The notes under the pieces: model-generated
What the model saw: only the letters and a program-made list of their open reading frames with translations
Told to the model about the DNA's origin: nothing
Databases searched by the model: none
From: an uncultured delta proteobacterium
GTDB taxonomy: Bacteria; Bdellovibrionota; FAC87; UBA2466
Direction: 5' to 3'
Length of the DNA stretch: 64,000 nt
NCBI GenBank assembly: GCA_963778115.1
Contig: CAVZSV010000005.1
Location: 96,001-160,000, forward strand
Part shown: one piece after another, positions 51,993-62,083 of the stretch
How the letters are laid out: each line of letters starts with the position of its first letter
Position numbering within the stretch: position 1 is the first letter of the stretch
Made by a program: the position numbers and the translations under genes

Positions 51993-53342
51993 TTACCAAT
52001 AATGGCTGGTTGGAACAAAGCCTGGGACGTTTAGAGCGGCCGAAAAGGCGGAAGGGGCTGTGATTTCAGTGATAAATTGCTGGCCCTGTTTGCAAATGGG
52101 ATAGCCTGACGTGTCGCACTTCTCGGAAAATTCGCTAATCGTCGACAAGAGTTCAACCAGATTGGTCGTTAGTGTCAGAGGTTCGATGGCTTCTCCCTCT
52201 TCGCCGTGATGAACAAGATAGCCCTCGGCGATTCTCAAAGTGATTTCGCCGGTCTGGGGACTAAAGTGCGCGATCTCGACATCGTGAACACTGATTCCCC
52301 ACTCCATTTGCTTTAGTAAGCCGTCTACCTTACGGTTTCCCTGAATTCGAGGATTCCAAAATCCTACCGTAGGATGGGACTGGAAAGATTCGCGCCGGCA
52401 ATGGCCGGTCGAAGAGACAGCTAACTGTTCGGCTATTCTATTGTTGCACGCAAGCCCTCGGGGCTTGCCTTCTTGCAATAACATGACCGGGCGACGAAGC
52501 GACCCTTCATGATCGCAGCGGGCAACATCGGACTCCGGAATATCCTCCACCGTGAACTGAAGGGGCAGGGGGGAAAGACGAGTCAAAAAAGAAGAGTTGC
52601 CTAAAAAGAGATCTCCTTCAAAAGCTCTTAGGAAAAGAAGACCTAGTTTCGAAAACGCCATGGAAGACCACAAAATAGGGATCTCCCCTTTGGGAGCCGG
52701 CCATGCCGCTTTGGGCTGGGTCGTGGCTTTGATGCGATCCCGGAATGAATCTAATGAGAGATCTTGGAGGAGCGCTTGAATGGAGCCCCGGTGTTTGTCA
52801 GCTCGGCAAAGCACTCTGGAGTGGTGGCGTTCCACGATCCACTGAAGCGAAATTCCAGCACTCTGTTCGGTGCCATTGGCGTAAGTCCCCCGATGATCGG
52901 CGACTTCGAAGTACTTCACTTTGTCTTCAAAAAGAAATTGGGGGATACCGACGTATCCGCCCTCGTTCCAAAGCTGCCTTGAGAGTTGTCCTAATTGAGC
53001 AAATTTTTCGGAGGAGCTGGGCAGATCCAGCGCCGGCTCTCGTTTGGCCGGTTGGCGCGTTGGTTGACTTGCCACCCGCTCGCCAAGAAATCTAAGAAAA
53101 GTCTCTGTGGTCGGTGCGTTGGTGGAAAAGAGTAAAAAACTCTGCCCGTCATTCACCCTTAAGCTAACGCCCCCGGTGGTGAATAGCCGAATGTCCTCGA
53201 TGCGATCTTGCACCGTCATGCGAGACTGATAGCAAAACTCACTATAGAGTTCGCATGAAGTGTACCCTCGTTGGAGGGCACTTTGGAAAACACGATCCAA
53301 ATCGATGTCACGCAAACGGTGCATGATTCGTGAATTGAGCAT
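51993..53342 (-). CDS. TldD/PmbA-family protein lacking HExxxH
   Basis: GGVSLRV, DHEG, STGHCRRESF...P, GEITL...GYL. Confidence 0.8.
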   Translation of the reverse strand: MLNSRIMHRLRDIDLDRVFQSALQRGYTSCELYSEFCYQSRMTVQDRIEDIRLFTTGGVSLRVNDGQSFLLFSTNAPTTETFLRFLGERVASQPTRQPAKREPALDLPSSSEKFAQLGQLSRQLWNEGGYVGIPQFLFEDKVKYFEVADHRGTYANGTEQSAGISLQWIVERHHSRVLCRADKHRGSIQALLQDLSLDSFRDRIKATTQPKAAWPAPKGEIPILWSSMAFSKLGLLFLRAFEGDLFLGNSSFLTRLSPLPLQFTVEDIPESDVARCDHEGSLRRPVMLLQEGKPRGLACNNRIAEQLAVSSTGHCRRESFQSHPTVGFWNPRIQGNRKVDGLLKQMEWGISVHDVEIAHFSPQTGEITLRIAEGYLVHHGEEGEAIEPLTLTTNLVELLSTISEFSEKCDTSGYPICKQGQQFITEITAPSAFSAALNVPGFVPTSHYW

Positions 53343-53432
53343 CTTCGCCCTGCGGTTAAAATTCTGTTAAAAACTCGTCTAATGACGCGGTAAGTCCGAA
53401 CAAAACCCGATAAGAAGTGATAAAATACTATC

Positions 53433-54290
53433 ATGGAACGTTATCGTAGCCAAAGTACGGGTCATTCTGGTCGCACTTTGTTTGTGGGCAAAGGGATTGT
53501 GTTTTTGCTGTTATCGGCTTGCGCTTCCCAATCGACCAAGGTGCAAAGGGAAACGATTAACGATCCCAATGAGCCTATTCAGATCTTAAGCGAACGAGTT
53601 AAAGATCAAGATCAAAAGATAGAAAAACTTACTTACTCCATCGATGATTTGGTCCACCAATTACATTCGCTCAAGAAGGAACTGGCTTCCTCAATGGCTC
53701 CCCGAGTATCTAAAGGCGCCTCTATCGCAAAGGATCCGAGCGTTCCGGTGGAAAAATTAATACCGGAGGGAGAAGTGGCGGCTAACGATGAAGCCAGCGC
53801 TTCAGCCTCCGATGCTGCCGAGGACGACAAGGAGGTAGCGGTAGCCGATTCCTCACAAGAGGACATTCACTGGTATTACGAGGGGATGAAGCACGTTAAA
53901 GACGAAAAATACGATGATGCGATCCGATCGTTCCGCAAGTTTCTTGAAGAAAATCCGGACCACGTCTATGCGGACAGAACGGAGTACTGGATCGCCGAAA
54001 GCTACTTTCGCAATAAGGAGTATTCCTTGGCGGTACTTTCCGCGAACGGTTTGGAATCTCGTCATCCTTACAGTTTAAGACTTCCCGATGCGCTAATGGT
54101 TAAGGCGCGCTCATTTCGGGCCTTGGGACAGATTAACGACGCCCGAGAAGCTTTACGACAGGTGATGCTGCGATTTCCCTCAGTCAAGATTGCCGATAGC
54201 GCTTCACGTGAATTAGCGGAGCTTTCTTTGGAAACTAATCACGAGGGAAATCGGCCACCGGTACTGATCGACGAGCCCGCAACTCCATAG
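53433..54290 (+). CDS. cpoB: CpoB/YbgF-like TPR lipoprotein
   Basis: Lipobox LSAC, coiled coil, YWIAESYF TPR repeats. Confidence 0.78.
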   Translation: MERYRSQSTGHSGRTLFVGKGIVFLLLSACASQSTKVQRETINDPNEPIQILSERVKDQDQKIEKLTYSIDDLVHQLHSLKKELASSMAPRVSKGASIAKDPSVPVEKLIPEGEVAANDEASASASDAAEDDKEVAVADSSQEDIHWYYEGMKHVKDEKYDDAIRSFRKFLEENPDHVYADRTEYWIAESYFRNKEYSLAVLSANGLESRHPYSLRLPDALMVKARSFRALGQINDAREALRQVMLRFPSVKIADSASRELAELSLETNHEGNRPPVLIDEPATP

Positions 54291-54318
54291 CAGGCCTTCT
54301 TCTCACGGTAAGGAGAGC

Positions 54319-55506
54319 ATGAGAAACGTCATTCTTCTAGGTCTTCTTGTGACATTGTGGCCCCTGGATGGGTGGGCGATAAGCCCCTTTTCCCAGTCTT
54401 TTGACCCTGCCCATGCCGAAGAGATTTTGGCTGGCCTTGGAAATCGTCCTCGGTTGCAAACGGATCAGTGGTTACAAATTATCGGCGACAAAAAGGTGAA
54501 CGAATATCGTGTGGAGCAGGGAGATACCCTGTGGGGGATTGCGAAGAAAGTCTTTCACGATCCTTTTTTGTGGCGAAAACTGTGGCAAGTGAACGGCTTT
54601 CTTACCAATCCCCACGAACTATCCGCAGGCACCCTGTTGTCCTACTATCGCGATGGCGCGGACAGAGACCTTGCTTCTACCGACGAACCGCCCGTCTTGA
54701 GAATCCCCATTATTAAGTTAGTCCCTTCGGGAGCCGGTCTTTCGGACCTGGATAAAGACTCCTTTGTAAATAAGCAGATTAAGAACAAATTTCAGCCGCA
54801 CCTTTTCGTGTTAGCTCCTGAGGAGAAGATCTACGGAGATATCACCGGAGCCTATATTCACGGCGAAGTGATTCCGATGTTGCATTCTTTGTATGTCGAA
54901 CCCGCTGACGACAATGTGCCGCTCGAGGTCGGAAAAAAGTACTCGGTCGTCCATATTGAGCGAACCTTAAGGGATCGCACTCAAGCCAGTGCACCTATTA
55001 TTGGAACCGTGGTCAGACTAGTGGGCGAGATTCAGGTGGATGAGGCGGGAGAGCACCTATTTAAAATGCGAATTAATAATGAAGTATCTCCGATCCGCCG
55101 CGGTGACAAAGTCATCGAGTTTCAAGATCCGGTACAGTGGACGATTAAGATCGATCCCCCCAATGACCTGCAGACTCGCATTGTGATGGGAGAAGATGCC
55201 GATGCGCATTATTTTTCGCAAGGTCAGCTTATTTTGCTCAACAAAGGAGCATCGGACGGAGTGAAGAAAGGATTTGTTTTTCGCGTATGGCGCGAAACCG
55301 ATCCTGAAACACTCAAGGAAGACGGCGTGGAGCCGGAATCGCTTGCCGATGTGCAGATTATTTATAGTAGTCCCCTTTCCAGCGTGGGGTACATTCTTCG
55401 CAATTATGAGCCCCTTCAAGTCGGAGACACCTTAATCCCCCGCCAGGCCTTTTCTGATCCCAAAATAGAGAATGTTCATCCGCGTGAAATAGTCGATATT
55501 TATTAG
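54319..55506 (+). CDS. LysM-domain protein (dprA-linked)
   Basis: YRVEQGDTLWGIA...PFLWRKLW...NPH. Confidence 0.88.
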   Translation: MRNVILLGLLVTLWPLDGWAISPFSQSFDPAHAEEILAGLGNRPRLQTDQWLQIIGDKKVNEYRVEQGDTLWGIAKKVFHDPFLWRKLWQVNGFLTNPHELSAGTLLSYYRDGADRDLASTDEPPVLRIPIIKLVPSGAGLSDLDKDSFVNKQIKNKFQPHLFVLAPEEKIYGDITGAYIHGEVIPMLHSLYVEPADDNVPLEVGKKYSVVHIERTLRDRTQASAPIIGTVVRLVGEIQVDEAGEHLFKMRINNEVSPIRRGDKVIEFQDPVQWTIKIDPPNDLQTRIVMGEDADAHYFSQGQLILLNKGASDGVKKGFVFRVWRETDPETLKEDGVEPESLADVQIIYSSPLSSVGYILRNYEPLQVGDTLIPRQAFSDPKIENVHPREIVDIY

Positions 55507-55570
55507 AAGAGGAACTCGACGCATCCTACTCGATGTTGACGCCAATTTCCTTTGGGCGTGTAGCTAGAGA

Positions 55571-56440
55571 ATGGAAATCCGACGCATTGCTATCCCTCCT
55601 CGTAGTCTACTATTACAAATCTCCTCGGTTCCCCAAGCGCTTTATGTCCGCGGTGATGCTTCGTTATTAGAGAGCTTCTCCATCGCCATCGTGGGGACCC
55701 GTAACGCGTCGGGATATGGTTTGGCGACTGCCCTGCGTTTTGGCCGAGAGCTTTCGGACAAAGGGGCAGTCGTCGTTAGCGGCTTAGCTCGAGGAATCGA
55801 TACGGCGGCCCACCGCGGGGCTTTGATCGGAAAAGGGAAAACGGTCGCGGTCCTAGGGCACGGCTTGGATCGCATCTATCCGTCACAGAATGCGGAGTTG
55901 GCCAGGGAGATCTTAGAACAAGGAGGCTGTTTGGTCTCCGAATACGAACCAGGAGTTCCCCCGCTTAAGCAAAATTTTCCCGCCCGAAATCGTATCATTG
56001 CGGGGCTCTGTAGAGGTGTGGTGGTCGTTGAAGCCGCGCAAAGAAGTGGTTCGCTTATTACCGCGCGATTTGCCGCGGATTTCGGGAGGGAAGTCTTTGT
56101 ACCTCCGGGTCGCATCGAAGGCAGTGGGTTTCGCGGGAGTCACTGCTTAATTAGAGAAGGCGCACGTTTAGTCTGTTCGATCGATGAAATTTTAGAAGAG
56201 TTTGCATTTGCCCACGTGTTGCCTAGAGAAATCTCTGAGGTAGCGCAGGAGAGCTCTGCTCAACGAGGGATGTGGCAGCTTTGCTTTAACGGCGAAGTAC
56301 GCACTTTAGAAGAATTATTTCATTCATGGAACCCTGAAGGCGGAGAGCTATTGACGCAACTCGAAATCGCGTTAAAGCAGGGGTGGATTACCGACTTGGG
56401 AGCTCAAAGATATGCTTTGGTGTGTAGCACTGACTATTAA
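55571..56440 (+). CDS. dprA: DNA-processing protein DprA
   Basis: AIVGTR, VSGLARGID, FPARNRII, SGSLITA. Confidence 0.96.
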   Translation: MEIRRIAIPPRSLLLQISSVPQALYVRGDASLLESFSIAIVGTRNASGYGLATALRFGRELSDKGAVVVSGLARGIDTAAHRGALIGKGKTVAVLGHGLDRIYPSQNAELAREILEQGGCLVSEYEPGVPPLKQNFPARNRIIAGLCRGVVVVEAAQRSGSLITARFAADFGREVFVPPGRIEGSGFRGSHCLIREGARLVCSIDEILEEFAFAHVLPREISEVAQESSAQRGMWQLCFNGEVRTLEELFHSWNPEGGELLTQLEIALKQGWITDLGAQRYALVCSTDY

Positions 56441-56523
56441 AAAGTTGCCAAACGGAAAACAATTTTGAACAATATAGGTGTTCGTACATCAATTCCCTTA
56501 ACTTCTTTTTTTTTAAAAAAAAA

Positions 56524-56982
56524 TTGCGAGACAAAATATTAAATATCCTTAGTTTCTTGTCTCAATCTCTGCTTCGCAATAAGGACCTGTTTTACGATGG
56601 TCAGGAGATTTGGGACTCCCTCTCGTCACAGGGGTATTCGGAGAATGATATCGAAGCGACATTGGCTCACATCGAGCGGATGTCACTTCAAGTTCCCGGC
56701 CCCTTCTGGAGCGAGAACATTCCTGTCCATCGATCGTACAGCACGGAAGAGATGACCCGGCTCGCCCCCAGAGTTCGGGGATATCTATGGAAACTGAAAT
56801 GTCGTGGTATTATTGATCACGCCCTCGAAGATGAAATCGTTCAAAAAGCGATGAACTTAGAAGACCCGGCGGGCCTTCGTGAAATAAAAACGGTTGCCGC
56901 ACTTACGGTTTTCGGCTATGAGCACAAGGTTCATACGGTAAGAGAAGGAAATCATCTTTATGGCGGCGGCGATTTGCACTAA
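56524..56982 (+). CDS. smg: Smg/DUF494-family protein
   Basis: Position between dprA and topA; LSSQGYSENDI and RSYSTEE motifs. Confidence 0.75.
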   Translation: MRDKILNILSFLSQSLLRNKDLFYDGQEIWDSLSSQGYSENDIEATLAHIERMSLQVPGPFWSENIPVHRSYSTEEMTRLAPRVRGYLWKLKCRGIIDHALEDEIVQKAMNLEDPAGLREIKTVAALTVFGYEHKVHTVREGNHLYGGGDLH

Positions 56983-57106
56983 TTCATCAAACACATGTCG
57001 TCGATAGCTGTCCAAAAGGGTTACCTCGAGGTTACCTAAAAAGTTAATATGAAGTTAATGTAATGTTGGGGTTTAGGGAAAATTTAACCCGCACAATTTA
57101 CGGTTA

Positions 57107-59551
57107 ATGGAAAAAGTGAAAACAAAAAAAGCGGCCGCTGCGAAAGTCGCGAAACCGACTAAATCGACGGAAAAAGTCGAAAAAGCGCTCAAGCCCGTTA
57201 AGCTGGCTAAAGCGGACAAAACCTCCGAAAAGAAGCAGGAGAAGGCCTCTTCCGGCGGAAAAGGGCTCGTTATTGTTGAGTCACCCGCAAAAGCCAAGAC
57301 ATTAAAGAAGTATCTGGGACGTAATTACGACGTTAAAGCTTCCGTAGGTCACATTAAAGATCTCCCCAAGAGTAAGATTGGTGTTGATGTCGAAAATAAT
57401 TTTGAGCCGACTTACGAACTCATCAAAGGAAAACAGAAGGTCGTTGAAGATATTACCAAGGCGGCGGCGAAGGCTTCCGCGGTCTATTTAGCGGCTGACC
57501 CCGATCGCGAAGGGGAAGCGATTGCGTGGCATGTTGCGGAAGAGCTTCATATTCCCAAATCAAAGATTTTTCGAGTTCTCTTTAACGAGATTACCAAGCC
57601 TGCGGTTTTAAAAGCCATCGAGAATCCCATCGAACTCAACCGTCCTCGCTACGAGTCTCAGCAGGCTCGTCGAATCTTAGATCGTTTGGTTGGTTATAAG
57701 ATCTCTCCCATTCTTTGGACCAAAGTGCGTCGGGGACTTTCGGCCGGCCGAGTGCAATCGGTTGCCGTGCGGATGATTGCGGAACGGGAAAAAGAGGTAT
57801 TGGCCTTCGTTCCTAAAGCTTATTGGAGTATTCAAGCGACCGTTGGGGCTGACGGCAAGGAATTTCCAGCCCGAATCTCTCGGATCGATGAGCTTAGAAT
57901 CGATAGACTGACGATAGACACAGAGGAGTGGGCGACCGAAATCGTAAATGCCACTCAGTCGGTTCCTTGGAAGATTGCTTCGGTTCAGCAAAAGAGTCGC
58001 AAGAGAAATCCGGATCCTCCTTTTATTACTTCGACCCTGCAGCAGGAATCCTCCAAGCGGTTATACTTTAGCGCGAAAAAGACCATGACCTTGGCCCAGC
58101 AACTCTATGAAGGAATAGAGATGGGTGAGCAAGGAGCTACTGGTCTTATCACCTACATGCGTACGGATTCGACTCGTCTTTCGGACGATGCCCTTAAGGA
58201 TGCTCGCAGTTATATCGAAACAAAGCTTGGCAAAGAGTATCTGCCTCCCCAAGTGCTTGAGTATAAGAATAAGAAAAATGCTCAAGACGCTCACGAAGCG
58301 GTGCGTCCGACTTCGATTGAAAACACGCCTGAAAAGGTGAAGCCGTTTTTAGATGACGATCAGTTCAAATTATACGAATTGGTCTGGAAGCGCTATTTGG
58401 CCTGCCAAATGGAGCAAGCGATCTTTGATCAGACGACCGTCGATTTTGACGTCTTGGGCAGCGACTCTAAGAAGTACCAATTTCGTTCGACTGGCTCGGT
58501 TCTTAGGTTTCCTGGCTTTTTAGCGATGTGGCAAAGTGAAGACGAGAAAGCGGGCGAAGATGTCTTGGGAGTGCAGCTACCGGATCTGACCGAAAGCTCC
58601 AAAGTAGAATGCAAGAAAGTCATTTCCGAGAAGCATTTTACACAGCCGCCGCCACGTTTTTCAGAAAGTTCTCTCATTAAAGAGCTAGAAGAGAAGGGGA
58701 TCGGCCGCCCCTCTACTTATGCCGCGATCCTTTCGACGATTCAGGATAGAAAGTACGTTGAGAAAAGGGAGAACCGCTTTTATCCGACCGAATTAGGAAG
58801 TTTGGTAACTGATCTATTGGTAGAGAATTTTAAGAACATTGTGGACGTACAGTTCACCGCCAACATGGAAGATCAGTTGGATCAGATCGAAGAGGGCAAT
58901 GCGAATTGGATAAAAACACTTCGAGAATTTTATTCCCCCTTTGAGGTCACGCTCAAAGAAGCGGTCGAGAAGATGCGCAATGTTAAGCGCGAAGAGACTC
59001 CGACTAATCTAACCTGCCCGAAGTGCACCAAGCCTCTCATCATTAAGTGGGGGAGAAATGGAAAGTTTGTAGCCTGTCAGGGCTATCCTGAGTGTCGTTT
59101 CACCAGCGAATTTGTCGAAGAGAACGGTGAGATAAAGCTCGTCGCCCAACCCACGACGGATGAAAAGTGCCCTAATTGCAGCGAGCCCATGATGGTCAAA
59201 AACGGCCGCTTCGGAAGATTTTTAGCCTGTTCGGCCTATCCTAAGTGCAAAACGACCAAGGCCATAACCACCGGCATTCAATGCCCGGAATGCAAACAAG
59301 GCGAGCTTTCGGAAAAGAGAACCCGTTTTGGAAAAAGTTTTTATAGTTGTACTCGTTATCCCGAATGCAAGTATGCCATCTGGGATAAACCCATCAAGCA
59401 GCCTTGTCCGTCTTGCCAGCACCCTTTCTTAGTCGAGCACTACACTAAGAAAGAGGGAGCTTCTATTCGCTGTCCCAACAAATGCGGATATGAGGTTAAG
59501 GGCGATGAAGCCCAACCTACGGTTGCTCCCCCGACGACTCCTCAGACCTAG
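57107..59551 (+). CDS. topA: DNA topoisomerase I
   Basis: LVIVESPAKAKT, DPDREGE, SAGRVQ, ITYMRTD, C-terminal Zn ribbons. Confidence 0.98.
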   Translation: MEKVKTKKAAAAKVAKPTKSTEKVEKALKPVKLAKADKTSEKKQEKASSGGKGLVIVESPAKAKTLKKYLGRNYDVKASVGHIKDLPKSKIGVDVENNFEPTYELIKGKQKVVEDITKAAAKASAVYLAADPDREGEAIAWHVAEELHIPKSKIFRVLFNEITKPAVLKAIENPIELNRPRYESQQARRILDRLVGYKISPILWTKVRRGLSAGRVQSVAVRMIAEREKEVLAFVPKAYWSIQATVGADGKEFPARISRIDELRIDRLTIDTEEWATEIVNATQSVPWKIASVQQKSRKRNPDPPFITSTLQQESSKRLYFSAKKTMTLAQQLYEGIEMGEQGATGLITYMRTDSTRLSDDALKDARSYIETKLGKEYLPPQVLEYKNKKNAQDAHEAVRPTSIENTPEKVKPFLDDDQFKLYELVWKRYLACQMEQAIFDQTTVDFDVLGSDSKKYQFRSTGSVLRFPGFLAMWQSEDEKAGEDVLGVQLPDLTESSKVECKKVISEKHFTQPPPRFSESSLIKELEEKGIGRPSTYAAILSTIQDRKYVEKRENRFYPTELGSLVTDLLVENFKNIVDVQFTANMEDQLDQIEEGNANWIKTLREFYSPFEVTLKEAVEKMRNVKREETPTNLTCPKCTKPLIIKWGRNGKFVACQGYPECRFTSEFVEENGEIKLVAQPTTDEKCPNCSEPMMVKNGRFGRFLACSAYPKCKTTKAITTGIQCPECKQGELSEKRTRFGKSFYSCTRYPECKYAIWDKPIKQPCPSCQHPFLVEHYTKKEGASIRCPNKCGYEVKGDEAQPTVAPPTTPQT

Positions 59552-59608
59552 TCTTGTAATCTCATCCTCCTTGCCATTCTTTGAGCCTAGGCCTTAAGAT
59601 TGGTCTCT

Positions 59609-60166
59609 ATGAATAGAGGCTTTCGGTTATCCGTATTCTTATCGCTCTTTAGCGGTGCGTTATGGTTTTCTACGCCTGCTCGAGCAATTGATGGAATCTA
59701 TCTCGGGGGTCAGGTGGGTTTTATGGGACTGACCGATCCGCCTGATATTCTGTACAACAATGCTCTTGGATTTGGCGTGGACCTAGGGCTTCGCACGAAT
59801 GCTTTGGTAGATCTTGTTTTCAGCTTCCAGACGAGTTCGTTTGGAGCGAACAGCAGCGCCCCTTTTCCCGTAAATGGCTCTTTAACCCTTTATTCCCAGA
59901 GTCTCTCAGCGGATTTTCACGTGGGAAGAGCTTACGACTTTGATTTTACGCTGGGAGCAGGCCCTGGCTTTTATGTTTTTAAGTCCTCGCTCGGGTCCAA
60001 CACCAATTTCGGATTTAACTTTGGAGGTGCGGTGGATCTGTTGGTCGACGATCATTTTAAGATCGGCATGGGGACTCGCTACTACGCTCTATTTGGAACC
60101 AACGCCATCTCCGGAAGTTTCTGGAATGTCATGATGCGGGTCGGCTATCTCTTCGATTTAGATTAA
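59609..60166 (+). CDS. Outer-membrane beta-barrel protein (8-stranded type)
   Basis: Signal peptide ARA, GIYLGGQVG, terminal RVGYLF. Confidence 0.8.
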   Translation: MNRGFRLSVFLSLFSGALWFSTPARAIDGIYLGGQVGFMGLTDPPDILYNNALGFGVDLGLRTNALVDLVFSFQTSSFGANSSAPFPVNGSLTLYSQSLSADFHVGRAYDFDFTLGAGPGFYVFKSSLGSNTNFGFNFGGAVDLLVDDHFKIGMGTRYYALFGTNAISGSFWNVMMRVGYLFDLD

Positions 60167-60181
60167 CTCTAGAAATATCAA

Positions 60182-60394
60182 ATGAAGACCATCAAATGTG
60201 AAATGACGGGTACGGTTCTCGAGGTCAAAGTAAAGACGGGCGATGCCGTGAAGAGCGGACAGGAAGTCGTTATCGTTGAGTCGATGAAAATGGAAGTTCC
60301 CGTAGTGAGTCAAGTCCAGGGAACGGTCCAATCGATTGCCAAGAATGCGGGCGACTTTGTCAACGCCGGGGACATTCTAATCGAGTTACAATGA
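60182..60394 (+). CDS. Biotin carboxyl carrier protein
   Basis: ESMKME motif. Confidence 0.93.
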   Translation: MKTIKCEMTGTVLEVKVKTGDAVKSGQEVVIVESMKMEVPVVSQVQGTVQSIAKNAGDFVNAGDILIELQ

Positions 60395-61314
60395 GCGTAT
60401 CGGTCCAGATTACCGACGTGACTTTACGGGACGGCCTCCAGATGGAGCCCCTTCTTCCCGTTGAAGATAAGATAGCACTCTTTAGCTATCTCTCCGCCTG
60501 CGGCTATTCAAGACTCGAAATTACCAGTTTTTCCCATCCAAAATGGATGCCTCAATTTGCAGATAGTGAAGCGATGTGCAAGGCCATCTTCTCGGATAAA
60601 GCTACTCTGACGTCGCTGCCCGAGACGATGGCGTTTGTTCCCAACGAAAAGGGGCTTACCCGACTCTTGGCGTTTCCGATTCCTTGGGTCAGCGCTTTTA
60701 TTGCCGCGAGCGAAACCTTTAACCAAAAAAATGTAAATTCCAGCATTGAAGAGACGCTTTCGGAACTTAAGAAAATAGTGAGCCTGAGCCACGCGCAAAA
60801 GCGTAAAGTTAGAATTTATATCTCTACCGTCTTCGGCTGCCCATTTGAAGGAAAGATCGATCCGGGAAAGTTAAAAGCGGTATTCGACAAGGTCGTTGCC
60901 CTGGGGCCGGATGAAATTGCTTTGAGCGATACTATAGGAGTGACGCACCCGAGTCAGGTGGCACAGATCACAAGAGACCTTATAAAGATATTTCCCGTCG
61001 AAAAGACTGCCTTGCATCTGCACAATACTTACTCTACGGCCCAAGCGTCCGCGATGGCGGCTCTGAATCTTGGCATTTATCAGTTTGATGGTTCCACCGG
61101 AAGTATCGGCGGCTGTCCTTACGCTAAAGGGGCAACAGGCAATGTCTCCGCCGAAGAGTTGGGTTATCTCTTCTATCGGGAAGGACGACTCCCAGAGTTT
61201 CCCCAGGAGGCCCTTTTAAAGACGTTACAGTTTTTGAAGAAAAAGGGCATGAGGGTGCAAAGCCGCATTTTGGATATTCTTGAAAAAGGGGGAACACTTT
61301 ATGGCATCCACTAG
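60391..61314 (+). CDS. Hydroxymethylglutaryl-CoA lyase
   Basis: RDGLQ, FGCPFEG, DTIG, HLHNT, GGCPYA. Confidence 0.93.
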   Translation: MSVSVQITDVTLRDGLQMEPLLPVEDKIALFSYLSACGYSRLEITSFSHPKWMPQFADSEAMCKAIFSDKATLTSLPETMAFVPNEKGLTRLLAFPIPWVSAFIAASETFNQKNVNSSIEETLSELKKIVSLSHAQKRKVRIYISTVFGCPFEGKIDPGKLKAVFDKVVALGPDEIALSDTIGVTHPSQVAQITRDLIKIFPVEKTALHLHNTYSTAQASAMAALNLGIYQFDGSTGSIGGCPYAKGATGNVSAEELGYLFYREGRLPEFPQEALLKTLQFLKKKGMRVQSRILDILEKGGTLYGIH

Positions 61315-62083
61315 TTTAGCGGTACGGCGGGATGGGGGGATCGTCATCGCGACGATCAATCGGCCCGACAAGATGAATGCGCTGAACAAAGATTATTTTG
61401 ATGAACTCAAGCGCTTGGTCGACGTGCTTGAAACCGACAAAACTGCTAGGGCCCTAATTATAACGGGGGCCGGGGAAAAGGCCTTCTGTGTGGGGGCAGA
61501 TCTGAAAGAACGTCAGGGGATGAACGAGAAGGACGTCCTGGTTCGACTCGATTTTGTAAGAAATCTGGGGCTTAGATTAGAACGCATTCCCGTTCCCGTG
61601 ATTGCCGCCATTAACGGATCGGCATTAGGGGGCGGACTGGAATTAGCCCTTACTTGCGATTTGCGAGTAGCGGCCGAGAACGCAACTTTAGGATTGCCGG
61701 AGGTTGATTTGGGAATCATTCCTGGCAATGGCGGCACTCAGAGGTTGGCTCGGGTCGTGGGATTACCGAAAGCGCTGGAACTTGTGTTACTAGCCAAAAG
61801 GCTTACGGCCGCGGAAGCGCTTCATATAGGGCTCGTCAATGTAGTAGTTCCGACCGGGCAAGCCTTAAACCAAGCGATGACCTGGGCGACGAAGATCTCG
61901 GAGGCCGGTCCCATTGCGATTCGCCAGGCGAAATCCGCGGTACGTTTAGGCTATGAAAGAATTCTGGAAGAAGGGCTAAGCCTTGAGATCGAGCTTTATA
62001 AAGCTTGTCTGTATTCGAAGGACCGCCTTGAAGGGTTAAAAGCGTTTTCGGAAAAGCGGAAGGCCGTTTACCGAGGAGAGTAG
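61301..62083 (+). CDS. Enoyl-CoA hydratase family protein
   Basis: NRPDKMNAL, FCVGADL, GGGLELA, PE..LGIIPG. Confidence 0.93.
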   Translation: MASTSLAVRRDGGIVIATINRPDKMNALNKDYFDELKRLVDVLETDKTARALIITGAGEKAFCVGADLKERQGMNEKDVLVRLDFVRNLGLRLERIPVPVIAAINGSALGGGLELALTCDLRVAAENATLGLPEVDLGIIPGNGGTQRLARVVGLPKALELVLLAKRLTAAEALHIGLVNVVVPTGQALNQAMTWATKISEAGPIAIRQAKSAVRLGYERILEEGLSLEIELYKACLYSKDRLEGLKAFSEKRKAVYRGE

